Counted from the stretch's first letter, positions 19,938-29,879 are shown. The stretch is DNA of 64,000 nucleotides from Acutalibacteraceae bacterium (GCA_045647525.1 JAZRMK010000048.1:7928-71927), one strand, 5' to 3'. Numbers and translations: made by a program. The notes: generated by a model from the sequence alone, not told the origin.

Positions 19938-20663
19938 TTAAAGCCGCTTACCTTTGATTATTGTTAAAGGATTTGTTCTTAGCAACAACTGCGCATAATC
20001 AGGTGAGAAGTTAGAAGAAACAAAGGAATACACTTCCGATAAATCGGGCGATCGCGATATTGAACTATGGCTGTCACTGGCAATCACCGTTGCGAAATTG
20101 TTTTCCATAAACGAAAGTGCCACATCCTGCGCGGCAAAGCCGTTAAGACCCAACACGCTGTCAGCGTTGAGTTGCAAGGCAACGCCGTCTTGTAAAAACG
20201 GTACAATAAGTCGCGGATTCTGTTGGATGAAATCATACCGTTCGGGATGAGCTATTACAACTTTATATCCACCGGATTGCAATGCTCTCGATATTTCCAA
20301 AGCTCTTTTAGGATTATCATTAAACCCGAATTCTAAAAGCACATAATCAGTATCGTTTATTGTTATTATCTCGTCATTTTCCATGCAATCTTCAATACTG
20401 CTGATTGAAAACAGCTCTGCACCCTGGTAAATGTTTATGTTTGGAATTTGTTCCTTTACCTTTTCTTTGAATTCATCAAACGCCTTTGCAAGTTGCGCTT
20501 TATCAAGCCCTGCGCAACGCATCTTTTCAGCCATATAATGCGGTGTAAGAACAATATCAGTAGTGCCGTTTTTTGCCGCTACTTTGAGCATATCACACGC
20601 TTCGCTGTAATCATCAGCGCCATCATCTACTCCCGGTAGAATGTGAGTATGTATGTCAACTAT
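19938..20663 (-). CDS. CpsB/YwqE-type PHP-family protein-tyrosine phosphatase; 5' end extended to a non-canonical ATA codon
   Basis: The first ATG (20591) would remove the conserved metal-binding N-terminus. The in-frame upstream sequence reads (ATA)VDIHTHILPGVDDGADD, matching the CpsB start MIDIHSHILPGVDDG. RBS AAGGGAG is 8 nt upstream of ATA 20663. Confidence 0.7.
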   Translation of the reverse strand: MVDIHTHILPGVDDGADDYSEACDMLKVAAKNGTTDIVLTPHYMAEKMRCAGLDKAQLAKAFDEFKEKVKEQIPNINIYQGAELFSISSIEDCMENDEIITINDTDYVLLEFGFNDNPKRALEISRALQSGGYKVVIAHPERYDFIQQNPRLIVPFLQDGVALQLNADSVLGLNGFAAQDVALSFMENNFATVIASDSHSSISRSPDLSEVYSFVSSNFSPDYAQLLLRTNPLTIIKGKRL

Positions 20664-20720
20664 AACTATCGCTCCCTTGTATTTTCATTAAAAGGATATC
20701 GCGTGATTATATTCCAAATT

Positions 20721-20749
20721 ATTATATCATACAAAAAAGAATAATTCAA
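20721..20749 (-). promoter_or_regulatory. Promoter of the cpsB-like/kinase operon
   Basis: Minus strand reads TTGAAT, 17 nt, TATAAT, with a TGn extended -10. Confidence 0.55.
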
Positions 20750-20806
20750 CAAAAATATCACGTTTTACCAAGAGGTTTTTTAATATTTTCAACATATTTC
20801 AATAGA

Positions 20807-20838
20807 AAACCCCTGCCGTCAAATACAGGTCGGCAGGG
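20807..20838 (-). terminator. Intrinsic terminator after metY
   Basis: Minus strand CCCTGCCG...CGGCAGGG hairpin followed by GTTTTCTATT. Confidence 0.65.
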
Positions 20839-20859
20839 ATTGAAATCTTATGCGTCAAA

Positions 20860-22131
20860 TCAGCACTTTTCGAGCGCCTGAGCAATATCCGCAATAATGT
20901 CATCGGCATACTCAATGCCGACCGACATTCTGATAAGGTCAGGTGTGACACCACATTCAACAAGCTGTTGGTCGCTCAACTGACGATGGGTAGTTGATGC
21001 GGGATGCAAAATGCAGGTTCTGGCATCGGCAACGTGAATAACGGGAGCTGCCAATTTTACGCTTTCCATAAACTTTCCGGCAGCCTCTCTGCCACCCTTG
21101 ATGCCAAACGAAATTACGCCACATGTGCCGTTAGGCATATATTTTTTAGCCAACGCGTTATACTTGCTCGAAGGGAGATCAGGGAAATCAACCCATGCAA
21201 TTTTAGGGTTAGAGAGAAGATATTCCGCAACCTTGCGGGCGTTTGCGCAGTGTGTAGGAACTCTTAAATGCAAAGTTTCAAGACCTACGTTGAGCAAAAA
21301 TGCATTCATCGGCGACATCATCATACCGATATCTCTCATCATCTGGGCGCGTGCTTTGGCAATAAACGCAGCAGCGCCGAATTTTTCGGGATACACAAGA
21401 CCGTGATAAGATTCATCAGGTGCGCAGAAATCGGCGTGACGCGAAGAAGCAGTCCAGTCAAACTTGCCCGAATCAACAACGCAACCACCCAGAGCCATTG
21501 CGTGACCGTCCATATACTTTGAGGTGGAATGCAAAACAACATCAGCGCCCCATTCAATAGGACGGCAGTTAATGGGTGTCGGGAATGTATTATCAATAAA
21601 CAAGGGCATAGAATTAGCATGAGCAACCTTTGCCCAAAGTTCGATATCAAGTACACTTAAAGCAGGGTTGGCAACCGTTTCACCGAACAAAAGCTTTGTG
21701 TTGGGACGAATGGCTGCAACGATCTCTTCCTCAGTAGAATCAGGAGAAATGAAGGTTGTTTCAATTCCCACCTTGCGAAGAGTTATGTTAAGAAGATTAA
21801 ACGAGCCGCCATAAATAGAACTTGACGAAACGATATGGTCGCCCGCCTTACAAACAGTAAGAATCGCTGCGGTAGTAGCGCCCTGACCCGAGGAGCAGAG
21901 CATTGCACCGACGCCGCCTTCCAATGCTGCAATCTTCTTTTCAACCGCTTCAACAGTAGGGTTGCTCAAACGTGTATAGAAGTGACCCGAAGCATTGAAA
22001 TCAAAAAGGTCACCCAAGGTTTTTGCGTCTTCATATTTAAAGGTTGTGCTCTGATAGATTGGCAGAACTCTTGCCTCGCCGCTTTTAGGCTCATAGCCTT
22101 CCTGAACACATTTTGTATTGATATGTTTCAT
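20860..22131 (-). CDS. metY: O-acetylhomoserine sulfhydrylase / aminocarboxypropyltransferase (PLP-dependent)
   Basis: 423 aa of the Cys/Met-metabolism PLP family. PLP-lysine context HSTSKYMDGH. N-terminal pattern TK.V..GY.P..GE.R..PIYQS is typical of MetY/CysD. Confidence 0.88.
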   Translation of the reverse strand: MKHINTKCVQEGYEPKSGEARVLPIYQSTTFKYEDAKTLGDLFDFNASGHFYTRLSNPTVEAVEKKIAALEGGVGAMLCSSGQGATTAAILTVCKAGDHIVSSSSIYGGSFNLLNITLRKVGIETTFISPDSTEEEIVAAIRPNTKLLFGETVANPALSVLDIELWAKVAHANSMPLFIDNTFPTPINCRPIEWGADVVLHSTSKYMDGHAMALGGCVVDSGKFDWTASSRHADFCAPDESYHGLVYPEKFGAAAFIAKARAQMMRDIGMMMSPMNAFLLNVGLETLHLRVPTHCANARKVAEYLLSNPKIAWVDFPDLPSSKYNALAKKYMPNGTCGVISFGIKGGREAAGKFMESVKLAAPVIHVADARTCILHPASTTHRQLSDQQLVECGVTPDLIRMSVGIEYADDIIADIAQALEKC

Positions 22132-22297
22132 CTTAATTTCCCTCTTTTGCTTGTTGCCTTAGCAATTTTTAAATAATTCAATGGTATTTTAACACCAAAT
22201 CCCCATTAGTGCAAGTGTTTAGGCAATAAATACATTATTTGGTCCCGATTTTAGCAAAAATTCTCCAAACATTTGTAGTTTATAGAGGTTTAAATGA

Positions 22298-22326
22298 TAG
22301 ACAAGCCGCAAAATTTGTTGTATAAT
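22298..22326 (+). promoter_or_regulatory. Promoter of rpe
   Basis: TAGACA, 17 nt, TATAAT (TGn extended -10), about 70 nt before the ATG at 22398. Confidence 0.5.
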
Positions 22327-22397
22327 GTTACAGATAAGTGCGATTGGTTTGCACGTAAAATTTAATGTGACATTTTCTGTTTTGAAAGGAGTTTATT

Positions 22398-23042
22398 ATG
22401 GCTAAACTTTCACCCTCTATTTTAAGTTGCGATTATCTTCGCCTTGAAGACAGCACAAAAATTCTCGAAAGCGTCGGTACTGATATGCTTCACCTTGACG
22501 TTATGGACGGACAGTTTGTCCCCAATATGTCCTTCGGCGTTCCGGTAATCGATTCTATCAAAAAACATACTACTATCCCTTTGGACATACATCTTATGAT
22601 AGACCGTCCTTTGAGATATGTTCGCGAATTTGCAAAATATGCCGACTGGCTGGGCTTCCACTTTGAAGCCGGCTCCGATGTCGATGAAACCCTCGATGTC
22701 ATCAAAGCCGAGGGTTGTAAGACCTGCTTGACTATCAAGCCCTGCACAAAGCCGGAAGAGATTTTTAAATACTTGCCCAAGTGCGATATGGTGCTTGTTA
22801 TGTCGGTCGAACCGGGATTCGGCGGTCAAGGCTTTATGCCCGAGGCTTTGGAACGCATCAGCGCTCTTAAAGCCGAAATCAAACGTCAGGGTTTGAGCAC
22901 TCTTATCGAGGTTGACGGTGGTATAAACAACGTCACCGGCAAGCAGTGTCTTGAAGCCGGCGCCGATGTCCTTGTTGTCGGAAGTTTTCTCTTTAAAGCC
23001 GAAGATCTGGCAGCGCAGGCAAAAGAATTTTTGGATATGTAA
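22398..23042 (+). CDS. rpe: Ribulose-phosphate 3-epimerase
   Basis: Motifs SILS.D...L, HLDVMDG.FVPN, VMSVEPGFGGQ.F and VDGGIN. Confidence 0.92.
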   Translation: MAKLSPSILSCDYLRLEDSTKILESVGTDMLHLDVMDGQFVPNMSFGVPVIDSIKKHTTIPLDIHLMIDRPLRYVREFAKYADWLGFHFEAGSDVDETLDVIKAEGCKTCLTIKPCTKPEEIFKYLPKCDMVLVMSVEPGFGGQGFMPEALERISALKAEIKRQGLSTLIEVDGGINNVTGKQCLEAGADVLVVGSFLFKAEDLAAQAKEFLDM

Positions 23043-23044
23043 TT

Positions 23045-23599
23045 TTATCTGCCGTCAAGCGTTGAACCTATGCGCTCGACGGCATTTCGGCAGATTTCGG
23101 TGCCGTGTTCCTTTATTTTTGCATTTAACACCACCGAGTTTATGACCGATTTGCAGAACTCTCTAAAAGACGGTATTTCGTCACGTTCTGTGTCAACCGT
23201 TAAAAAGAATTCTCCACAATATTTATACAGTGTGCTGTTTTGCGATGTGCCGAGTTTAAAAAGCCTATGACAAAGCCCTAGAACTGCATCTGAATCGAAC
23301 AGTTGAGCCGCGACCGATATATCACTCGGTTTTCGCTTTGCTTTAAACTGTCGAGTCTTTGAGGTCGGTATAAAAAACACCTCGCATCCGCCGCTGAAAA
23401 TCGGGTATATCTCTATAAGAAACCGCGAAGCGTCGTTGGGGATTCTTGCCGAGATCAACGCCTTGCTTAATAAATTTTTAAGCTTTTGTTTTGATTCAAC
23501 CGAGGATTCGTCAAACAACACATGGTCTATGCCGTAAAACGCCGTTTCTGCCTCGTTTAATACAACCCTTATTGTGCCGAATTCATTAAACACCGTCAT
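23045..23599 (-). CDS. Hypothetical protein, possibly a MecA-like adaptor; start moved to an internal Met
   Basis: ORF shortened to MTVFNEF... because the longer form overlaps the divergent gene region. Only a weak remembered resemblance to MecA N-domain proteins (..IRVVL.E.E...YGI...). Confidence 0.35.
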   Translation of the reverse strand: MTVFNEFGTIRVVLNEAETAFYGIDHVLFDESSVESKQKLKNLLSKALISARIPNDASRFLIEIYPIFSGGCEVFFIPTSKTRQFKAKRKPSDISVAAQLFDSDAVLGLCHRLFKLGTSQNSTLYKYCGEFFLTVDTERDEIPSFREFCKSVINSVVLNAKIKEHGTEICRNAVERIGSTLDGR

Positions 23600-23741
23600 A
23601 AAGTGCCTCCCCAAAAAAGCCTTTATGACAATATATTGATGTCTGCCGATGCCCGTGCAGGTCCCGACAGAAGAAAACAAAAAAATCACAGGTGCCGCAA
23701 CCTTTAAAGCGGAGACAGATAATTCTGTCGAAAGGAACTAT

Positions 23742-25265
23742 ATGAAGAATTATATGGAACTTAAATCCGGTTCGGATGTTCGCGGTTATGCAAGCGACAT
23801 ATTCGACAACACCGTCGATCTTACCGAAGAAGCGGTTTACGATATTGCCGCTGCTTTTGTTCCGTTTTTGAGCGAAAAAGCAGGTAAGGACGCAACCGAA
23901 CTCACAGTGTCAGTAGGACACGATTCGCGAATCACCGCCGAGAAAATCAAGACGCAGGTCATCGCCGCATTAAAGGCTGCCGGTGTCAAGGTTTATGATT
24001 GCGGGCTTTCCTCGACGCCTTCTATGTTCATGACCACTGTTCACTTAGGTTGTGACGGTGCCATTCAGATTACTGCAAGTCACCACCCTGCCGACCGCAA
24101 CGGTCTTAAATTCTTCCTGCCCACAGGTGGTCTTGATCCGCAGGATATTTCCGAGATTCTCACTGCCGCCAACAACGGCGAAAAGGCAGAAGTTGCTGAG
24201 GGCATTGTTGAGAAAATCGACTTTATGTCGCAGTATTCGGCAATTTTGCGCAAGTTGATTTGTGACGAGTTGGGTGTAGCAGAAGAGGACAAGCCATTAA
24301 AGGATTACCACATTGTTGTTGATGCCGGCAACGGTGCAGGCGGTTTCTATGCTGACAAAGTTTTGGCTCCTTTGGGTGCCGATGTTTCGGGCAGTGTATA
24401 CTTAGAACCTGACGGTATGTTCCCTAATCACATTCCCAACCCCGAAAATGCCGTTGCTATGGCTCATATCACCGACGCCGTTCTTAATGCCAACGCCGAC
24501 TTGGGTGTTATTTTTGACACCGACGTCGACCGCGCAGCCTGCGTTGACCCCGACGGTGTTGAAATTAACCGCAACCGCCTTGTAGCTTTGGCAGCAGCCA
24601 TTGCTTTGGAGAAGGAACCGGGTTCAACAATCGTTACCGACAGTGTAACTTCGGCAGGTCTTAAAACCTTTATTGAAGAAACATTGGGCGGTAAACACCA
24701 CCGCTTTAAGAGAGGCTACAAAAACGTAATAAACGAAGCTGTTCGTCTTTGCAACGAGGGTGTTAACGCTCCTTTGGCTATTGAAACCTCAGGCCACGCC
24801 GCTTTGAAGGAAAACTATTTCCTTGATGACGGTGCTTACCTTGTGACAAAGATTATAATCAAAATGGCAAAGTTGGGTCGCGAAGGCAAAAATATTTTTG
24901 ACCTTACCGCTGACCTTAAAACACCTGCCGAGGAAAAGGAAATGCGTTTCAATATTATGGTTGACGAATTCCGTTCCTACGGCGAATGCGTTATCGAGGG
25001 CTTACAGCGTTGGTGCGAAGCCTTCAAGGACAAAGGCTTTAAAATTGCCGACGATAACCACGAAGGTATAAGAGTCAGCGTTTTGGACGGTTGGTTCTTG
25101 CTGCGCCTTTCGGTACACGATCCGGTTATGCCGATGAATGTCGAAAGCGATTCAAAGGAAGGTTGCAAGAAAATAGTTGAACTGGTTGCCGACTTCTTCC
25201 GTAACTGTCAGTTCCTCGATTGCTCGGCTATGGAAAACTTCCTGGAAGAAAAAGACGATGAATAA
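23742..25265 (+). CDS. Alpha-D-phosphohexomutase family (phosphomannomutase/phosphoglucomutase)
   Basis: Catalytic-loop variant TASHHPADRNGLKF, metal loop FDTDVDR and sugar loop ETSGH. RBS AAAGGA precedes the ATG at 23742 (the track ORF starts earlier). Confidence 0.85.
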   Translation: MKNYMELKSGSDVRGYASDIFDNTVDLTEEAVYDIAAAFVPFLSEKAGKDATELTVSVGHDSRITAEKIKTQVIAALKAAGVKVYDCGLSSTPSMFMTTVHLGCDGAIQITASHHPADRNGLKFFLPTGGLDPQDISEILTAANNGEKAEVAEGIVEKIDFMSQYSAILRKLICDELGVAEEDKPLKDYHIVVDAGNGAGGFYADKVLAPLGADVSGSVYLEPDGMFPNHIPNPENAVAMAHITDAVLNANADLGVIFDTDVDRAACVDPDGVEINRNRLVALAAAIALEKEPGSTIVTDSVTSAGLKTFIEETLGGKHHRFKRGYKNVINEAVRLCNEGVNAPLAIETSGHAALKENYFLDDGAYLVTKIIIKMAKLGREGKNIFDLTADLKTPAEEKEMRFNIMVDEFRSYGECVIEGLQRWCEAFKDKGFKIADDNHEGIRVSVLDGWFLLRLSVHDPVMPMNVESDSKEGCKKIVELVADFFRNCQFLDCSAMENFLEEKDDE

Positions 25266-26202
25266 TAATTTAAAGGGCAGCATTATGCTGCTTGTTGCCA
25301 CTGTTATATGGGGTACCGCCTTCGTTTTTCAGGAGGAGGCTTCTGATTTAGGCGCGTTCACCCTTAACGGACTACGATACATTTTGGGAGGAATCATTCT
25401 GATTCCTCTCATTTTGGTGTTGAATTGGAAAAAACGAAATCTTGAAAACGGTACTGTGATTGCAACACCTAAAACGACTTTGCTGGCAGGTGTTAGTTGC
25501 GGTGTAGCTCTGGCGGTTGCTGCAAATTTGCAGCAATTCGGCATTATGTTCAACGCCGACCTTGGCTCAGGCGATTCGGGCAAAGCAGGATTTATTACTG
25601 CGATGTATATACTTTTTGTCCCTCTTTTCTATTGTATTAAACATAAGGGATTAAAGCCGTCTGTAATAGTCAGTGTACTGCTTGGAATGTTGGGACTTTA
25701 CCTAATCAGCGTAAAGTCCGGCTTTTCTGTGGCAACGGGCGATGTTTTTCTCCTTCTTTGTGCGATTGCATTTTCCGCACACATACTTACAGTAGACCAT
25801 TGGGTTGCAAAGGTCGATGCAGTTGTTATGTCGTCTATACAATTTTTGACTGTCGGTGTCATTTCTTTGATTTTGTCGCTGATATTCGAAAGAAGCTCGT
25901 TCAGTGTTGCCTGTGTACAAAACGCCTTGATCCCCATTATTTATTTGGGAATAATGTCTTCGGGGGTGGCATACACCTTGCAGGTGTTGGGTCAAAAGCA
26001 CTCTGAAGCCACTGTTGCGTCACTTCTTATGAGCCTTGAATCGTTGTTTGCCTTGCTTGCGGCTTGTGTTTACTATCATAAAACGCCTACCTTGAAAGAG
26101 GCTTTCGGTTGCGGAGTAATGCTCGTTGCAATATTTATTATCCAGACCCCGTTTGTTGATAAATTCTTCGAAAAACTGCGTTCAAAGGCGGCGGCAAGAT
26201 GA
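25258..26202 (+). CDS. EamA/DMT-family transporter
   Basis: Ten predicted TM helices and two EamA repeats. The N-terminal pattern GSIMLLVATVIWGTAFVFQ is typical. The start ATG overlaps the upstream stop. Confidence 0.8.
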   Translation: MNNNLKGSIMLLVATVIWGTAFVFQEEASDLGAFTLNGLRYILGGIILIPLILVLNWKKRNLENGTVIATPKTTLLAGVSCGVALAVAANLQQFGIMFNADLGSGDSGKAGFITAMYILFVPLFYCIKHKGLKPSVIVSVLLGMLGLYLISVKSGFSVATGDVFLLLCAIAFSAHILTVDHWVAKVDAVVMSSIQFLTVGVISLILSLIFERSSFSVACVQNALIPIIYLGIMSSGVAYTLQVLGQKHSEATVASLLMSLESLFALLAACVYYHKTPTLKEAFGCGVMLVAIFIIQTPFVDKFFEKLRSKAAAR

Positions 26203-26717
26203 GTATGCAATACCGAGTTGTTCGTTCAAAACGCAAAACACTGGCAATAGAGGTGTCAATAGACGGTACTGTCACGGTAAGATGCCCTTTTGGGTGTCGA
26301 GATTCACAGATTGCACATTTTGTTGAGCAGCAAGCCGACTGGATAGAAAAGGCGAAGATGACACAACGGCAAAAAGCTCTTAAAAGGCCGCCGGAACCCG
26401 ACGAGGAGCAGGTTATCTTTTTGAAAAACACGGCTCGACAATATATCCCAAAAAGAGTCGAATACTTTGAAGAATTGACGGGCTTAAAATCGGCATCGGT
26501 CAAAATAACCTCGGCAAAAGGACGGTTTGGAAGCTGCGGTCCGAAAAACAACCTGTGCTTCTCCTACCGTCTTATGCTATACCCCAAAGCCGCCATTGAC
26601 TACGTGATAGTCCACGAGTTGTGCCATACTGTCCACCACAACCACAGCAAAGAGTTTTGGGATTTAGTTGAGCAAGTAATGCCAGATTATAAAAAATTAA
26701 GGAATCTGTTAAAATAG
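26199..26717 (+). CDS. YgjP-like (DUF45/M48-like) metal-dependent hydrolase
   Basis: HExxH context VIVHELCHTVHHNHSKEFW, typical of the YgjP/WLM-like family. Confidence 0.8.
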   Translation: MSMQYRVVRSKRKTLAIEVSIDGTVTVRCPFGCRDSQIAHFVEQQADWIEKAKMTQRQKALKRPPEPDEEQVIFLKNTARQYIPKRVEYFEELTGLKSASVKITSAKGRFGSCGPKNNLCFSYRLMLYPKAAIDYVIVHELCHTVHHNHSKEFWDLVEQVMPDYKKLRNLLK

Positions 26718-26749
26718 CAAAACCCCGATGAAATTCATCGGGGTTTTGC
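26717..26749. terminator. Intrinsic terminator hairpin
   Basis: GCAAAACCCCGATG / CATCGGGGTTTTGC. Confidence 0.75.
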
Positions 26750-26824
26750 TTATCCTTATATGACGTTGTTTTTGTGTTTTGATTTTTTAGCATAATGCAA
26801 AGGCGAAGCCGAAGAATCATTGTC

Positions 26825-29692
26825 TTACTCGGCATTATCAGAACCTTCGTCAGACTCTTCTGCATTTGTTTCGGCTTCTCGAAGGTCACCTTCGTGCACT
26901 TCCTCAACGGTTTCGGGCTCTTCGTCCTTTATCTCTGCTGTTTGAATTCTAAATTCCTCAACCTCGTCGAAAACAGATTCATCGAAGTTGAATCCTCCCG
27001 AAACGCCGTGGTATGCGTCTATTTTATTTCGGTCTATTTCCTCTAATAAATAGTCATCAGAGTCGTTTTCGATAGCAAAAACAGCCGCCTCGTAAAGAGT
27101 TGCGCGTGTGGCTATTATCTCGCCCTCGGGGTAATCAGGAGTCGGCGCGGGACGGAACACGCGCTTGACAATTATTACAACAATATAGACTATCAATACA
27201 AGCGCGCTGATAACCGTAATCAACAGTCCTGTTTTAATCCCGGGCGTTGTATATTGGAAAACTATCTCATTGTCACCTTTTGGCGCCAACACCGCCATAA
27301 AGCCCTCGTTTACTCTTACTATCTCGGTCTTTTGACCGTTAACATAAGCTGTCCAGCCTTCCTCGTAGGGAACAGAGAAAAATACATAGTTGCGTCGGTC
27401 TAACTCTATTTTTGCTTTAAATCCATCGGAATCATATTGAAAACTGTATGCCGAAACTGCGGCACGGTCGGCGCAGTCGTCACGGAACGCGGTATACGAA
27501 AAATCCATTGTTTGTTTGTTTTCATCTTTTGTTCCGATGTTATAGTCATCGCCGAGGTTGTCAAGCACTGCTGATATTTTAACGGCATCCTTTTGGTCTA
27601 CAACCAGCGCTTTAAGCATCATCAAATCAGCAAAATTTCTGTGATTGTTGCTTTCATAATTTACTCCGTCATCATAGAAATCGGAATAAGTATAATCACT
27701 GTAATGTAACGCCTGCTCCTCGGTCACAAAATAGTCATAGGTGAATCCCATAGGGATATAGCACTCGTTTTTATAAATCTTATATCCGTTCTGCTCTCCG
27801 CAATAACTGTAATACGGCAACATTTTACCGTCATCACGTTGGAAGTTGTAATCTTCTTCATCGTTATCGGCAACGGGGTCGAGCAGATATTTTACTGAAA
27901 GCAGACTTCTTGCCCCGTAGACCTTAGTTGTGGGTCTTGACGCAACCGAACGCTCCTCACCTATAAATTCATAAAACGATGTGACAGAACCCGGAACTAT
28001 CGAATGGAAATAGTTTATTGAAGAATAACCCAACGCGTAGCCGGTGTTGTCCTCACCATTGTAAACATCAATTCGGGCAAACTCATCATTAGCTATGGGC
28101 AGATCGACATTACCTTCAATAACACCGTCTATAACAACATTCTCAATGTCGGCTGAAAGTGACTGACCGGACATTATAAAGAAGGTTGAATATATAACCG
28201 ACACACAGCAAACGGTCGGAATTATAACTTTATATATAGAACGACGTTTTGCTATAATCGACGGCAACATGGCCTTTACGATAATAAGACTCAAAACGCT
28301 GATAGCAACCGTGACCCAGAACCTTAGATCGTAGATATTGCCCTCAACCTCAGCGCCACCTTCGGTGATTCTGCTCTTTACAGATTGGAGAATGAATTTT
28401 AACGGGTTGGTAGAAGCGTCTGTGTAAAGTCCGAAGCCTGTTATTTTGCCGTCCTCAATACCGTTGGGTGCAAGACCTATAACCAGTGCAAAGCCCAGGG
28501 TTATCGACATATTCCACTTCCAAGCCGATTTCCAGTTAACGCTTGTGTCCTCAAACGCAATAACAGTTGCCAGACACATCATAAGTATCGGCATATAGAA
28601 CCAACGGGCATAGTACTGAATGTTAAATAGCTGGAACGCACTGTTGAGTCCCGGCACCAAAGCAATAAAAATCGAGGCAAACAGAACCCTGCGCAACCAT
28701 GTGCCCTTCTTTTCGGACTGCAAGAAGCAGAATGTGCCAACCATTCCGAACAACGGCAGCCACCCGCCCAATGACGCCCACTTGACATCAGCGTGCGGGA
28801 AAAACACAGGGCGTGCAGGAAGATCCGGCGGGAAGAAGAAGCACTGAATAACATTAAGAAAGATCTGGTTGTTTCCGTAAAGCACCGAATTCCAACCAAC
28901 AAGGTAGCTGCCAAGTCGGTCATTCTGCAAAACAGACAAGATGCTCGGCAACAGTATTGCCGACGCCATGGCAACACCCAAAACGCACTCGAAGGAAAGG
29001 AGCGCAAACTCACTGAACTTAAACTTAAAACTTCCCGAGAGCACCCTTATCAGCCAGTAGATGACAACAAACAACACCATTCCAAAGAAGAAGAAATAGT
29101 TGTTAAGTGCCGTAAAGAAGACCATTAAGGCAACAAATCCCCTGCTGCGATGAGAATTAAATCTTTCTATACTAAGCAACAAAAGCGGGAACAAAACAAT
29201 GGCTTCATGGAAATGGTTAAAGAAGATATTGTAGACCGAAAAACCGCAGAATGCATAAAGCAAGCCGCCTATCATCGCTGTTTCGTTGCGTGCGGTAAAG
29301 TGACGGATGAAGAGATATGCGGTTACCGCTGCGCAAGAGAACTTTAAGATAAGCAACGGCCCCATAAGATACGGAACAATGTGATTCGGGAAGGGCAACG
29401 TCAACCAAAAAAACGGGCTTCCCAAAAGGTAGAAACTGTATGAGCCGATAAAGTTTGAACCTAAATCACTCTCCCAACTCCACCCGAAGTCGAGCGAGCG
29501 CACTGCATTATGGCAATACTGATAAAACGGTATCTGCTGGACATTAAAATCTCCGTAAAAGATAAAATATCCGTGACCCGTTATAATTGCAGGTATAAAC
29601 ATCGCCAACGCAGTAGCCAAGGCTATCAAAAACGTCCACAATGCAAACAAGCCTTTTTTAGAGCTTTCGGCTCTCGTTCTTAAATCGGTCAT
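26825..29692 (-). CDS. YfhO-family polytopic membrane protein with an acidic C-terminal tail
   Basis: N-terminal GHGYFIFYGDFNVQQIPFY and multiple TM helices are typical of YfhO. A large extracytoplasmic domain and a late TM helix follow. RBS GAAAGGAAG precedes the ATG at 29692. Confidence 0.8.
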   Translation of the reverse strand: MTDLRTRAESSKKGLFALWTFLIALATALAMFIPAIITGHGYFIFYGDFNVQQIPFYQYCHNAVRSLDFGWSWESDLGSNFIGSYSFYLLGSPFFWLTLPFPNHIVPYLMGPLLILKFSCAAVTAYLFIRHFTARNETAMIGGLLYAFCGFSVYNIFFNHFHEAIVLFPLLLLSIERFNSHRSRGFVALMVFFTALNNYFFFFGMVLFVVIYWLIRVLSGSFKFKFSEFALLSFECVLGVAMASAILLPSILSVLQNDRLGSYLVGWNSVLYGNNQIFLNVIQCFFFPPDLPARPVFFPHADVKWASLGGWLPLFGMVGTFCFLQSEKKGTWLRRVLFASIFIALVPGLNSAFQLFNIQYYARWFYMPILMMCLATVIAFEDTSVNWKSAWKWNMSITLGFALVIGLAPNGIEDGKITGFGLYTDASTNPLKFILQSVKSRITEGGAEVEGNIYDLRFWVTVAISVLSLIIVKAMLPSIIAKRRSIYKVIIPTVCCVSVIYSTFFIMSGQSLSADIENVVIDGVIEGNVDLPIANDEFARIDVYNGEDNTGYALGYSSINYFHSIVPGSVTSFYEFIGEERSVASRPTTKVYGARSLLSVKYLLDPVADNDEEDYNFQRDDGKMLPYYSYCGEQNGYKIYKNECYIPMGFTYDYFVTEEQALHYSDYTYSDFYDDGVNYESNNHRNFADLMMLKALVVDQKDAVKISAVLDNLGDDYNIGTKDENKQTMDFSYTAFRDDCADRAAVSAYSFQYDSDGFKAKIELDRRNYVFFSVPYEEGWTAYVNGQKTEIVRVNEGFMAVLAPKGDNEIVFQYTTPGIKTGLLITVISALVLIVYIVVIIVKRVFRPAPTPDYPEGEIIATRATLYEAAVFAIENDSDDYLLEEIDRNKIDAYHGVSGGFNFDESVFDEVEEFRIQTAEIKDEEPETVEEVHEGDLREAETNAEESDEGSDNAE

Positions 29693-29819
29693 AATTCTTC
29701 CTTTCAAGTTTCCGCTATTAACTCAAATCATTAAATTTATTATACCTTGATGCAAATCATAAATCAACACGAAAAAGAGCTTCTTTTTATTACGATTTTG
29801 TTAATATTTGTATGCGGTA

Positions 29820-29848
29820 TTGTAATTTCACGGAAAATTAAGTATAAT
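29820..29848 (+). promoter_or_regulatory. Promoter of the HD-domain gene
   Basis: TTGTAA, 17 nt, TATAAT. Confidence 0.5.
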
Positions 29849-29879
29849 GTACGAAAGAGAAATAAAAGGACGGGATTAT

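Noticed and set aside
22132-22397. Possible SAM (S-box) riboswitch or T-box upstream of metY
   Set aside because: I read the minus-strand leader and found none of the conserved S-box or T-box core sequences and no leader terminator. Only a short 5' UTR seems to be present.
23600-23741. N-terminal extensions of the divergent 23045 and 23649 track ORFs, which would overlap each other
   Set aside because: Both extensions lack conserved sequence and an RBS. Internal Met codons with good Shine-Dalgarno sites (23599 on the minus strand, 23742 on the plus strand) give products matching family N-termini.
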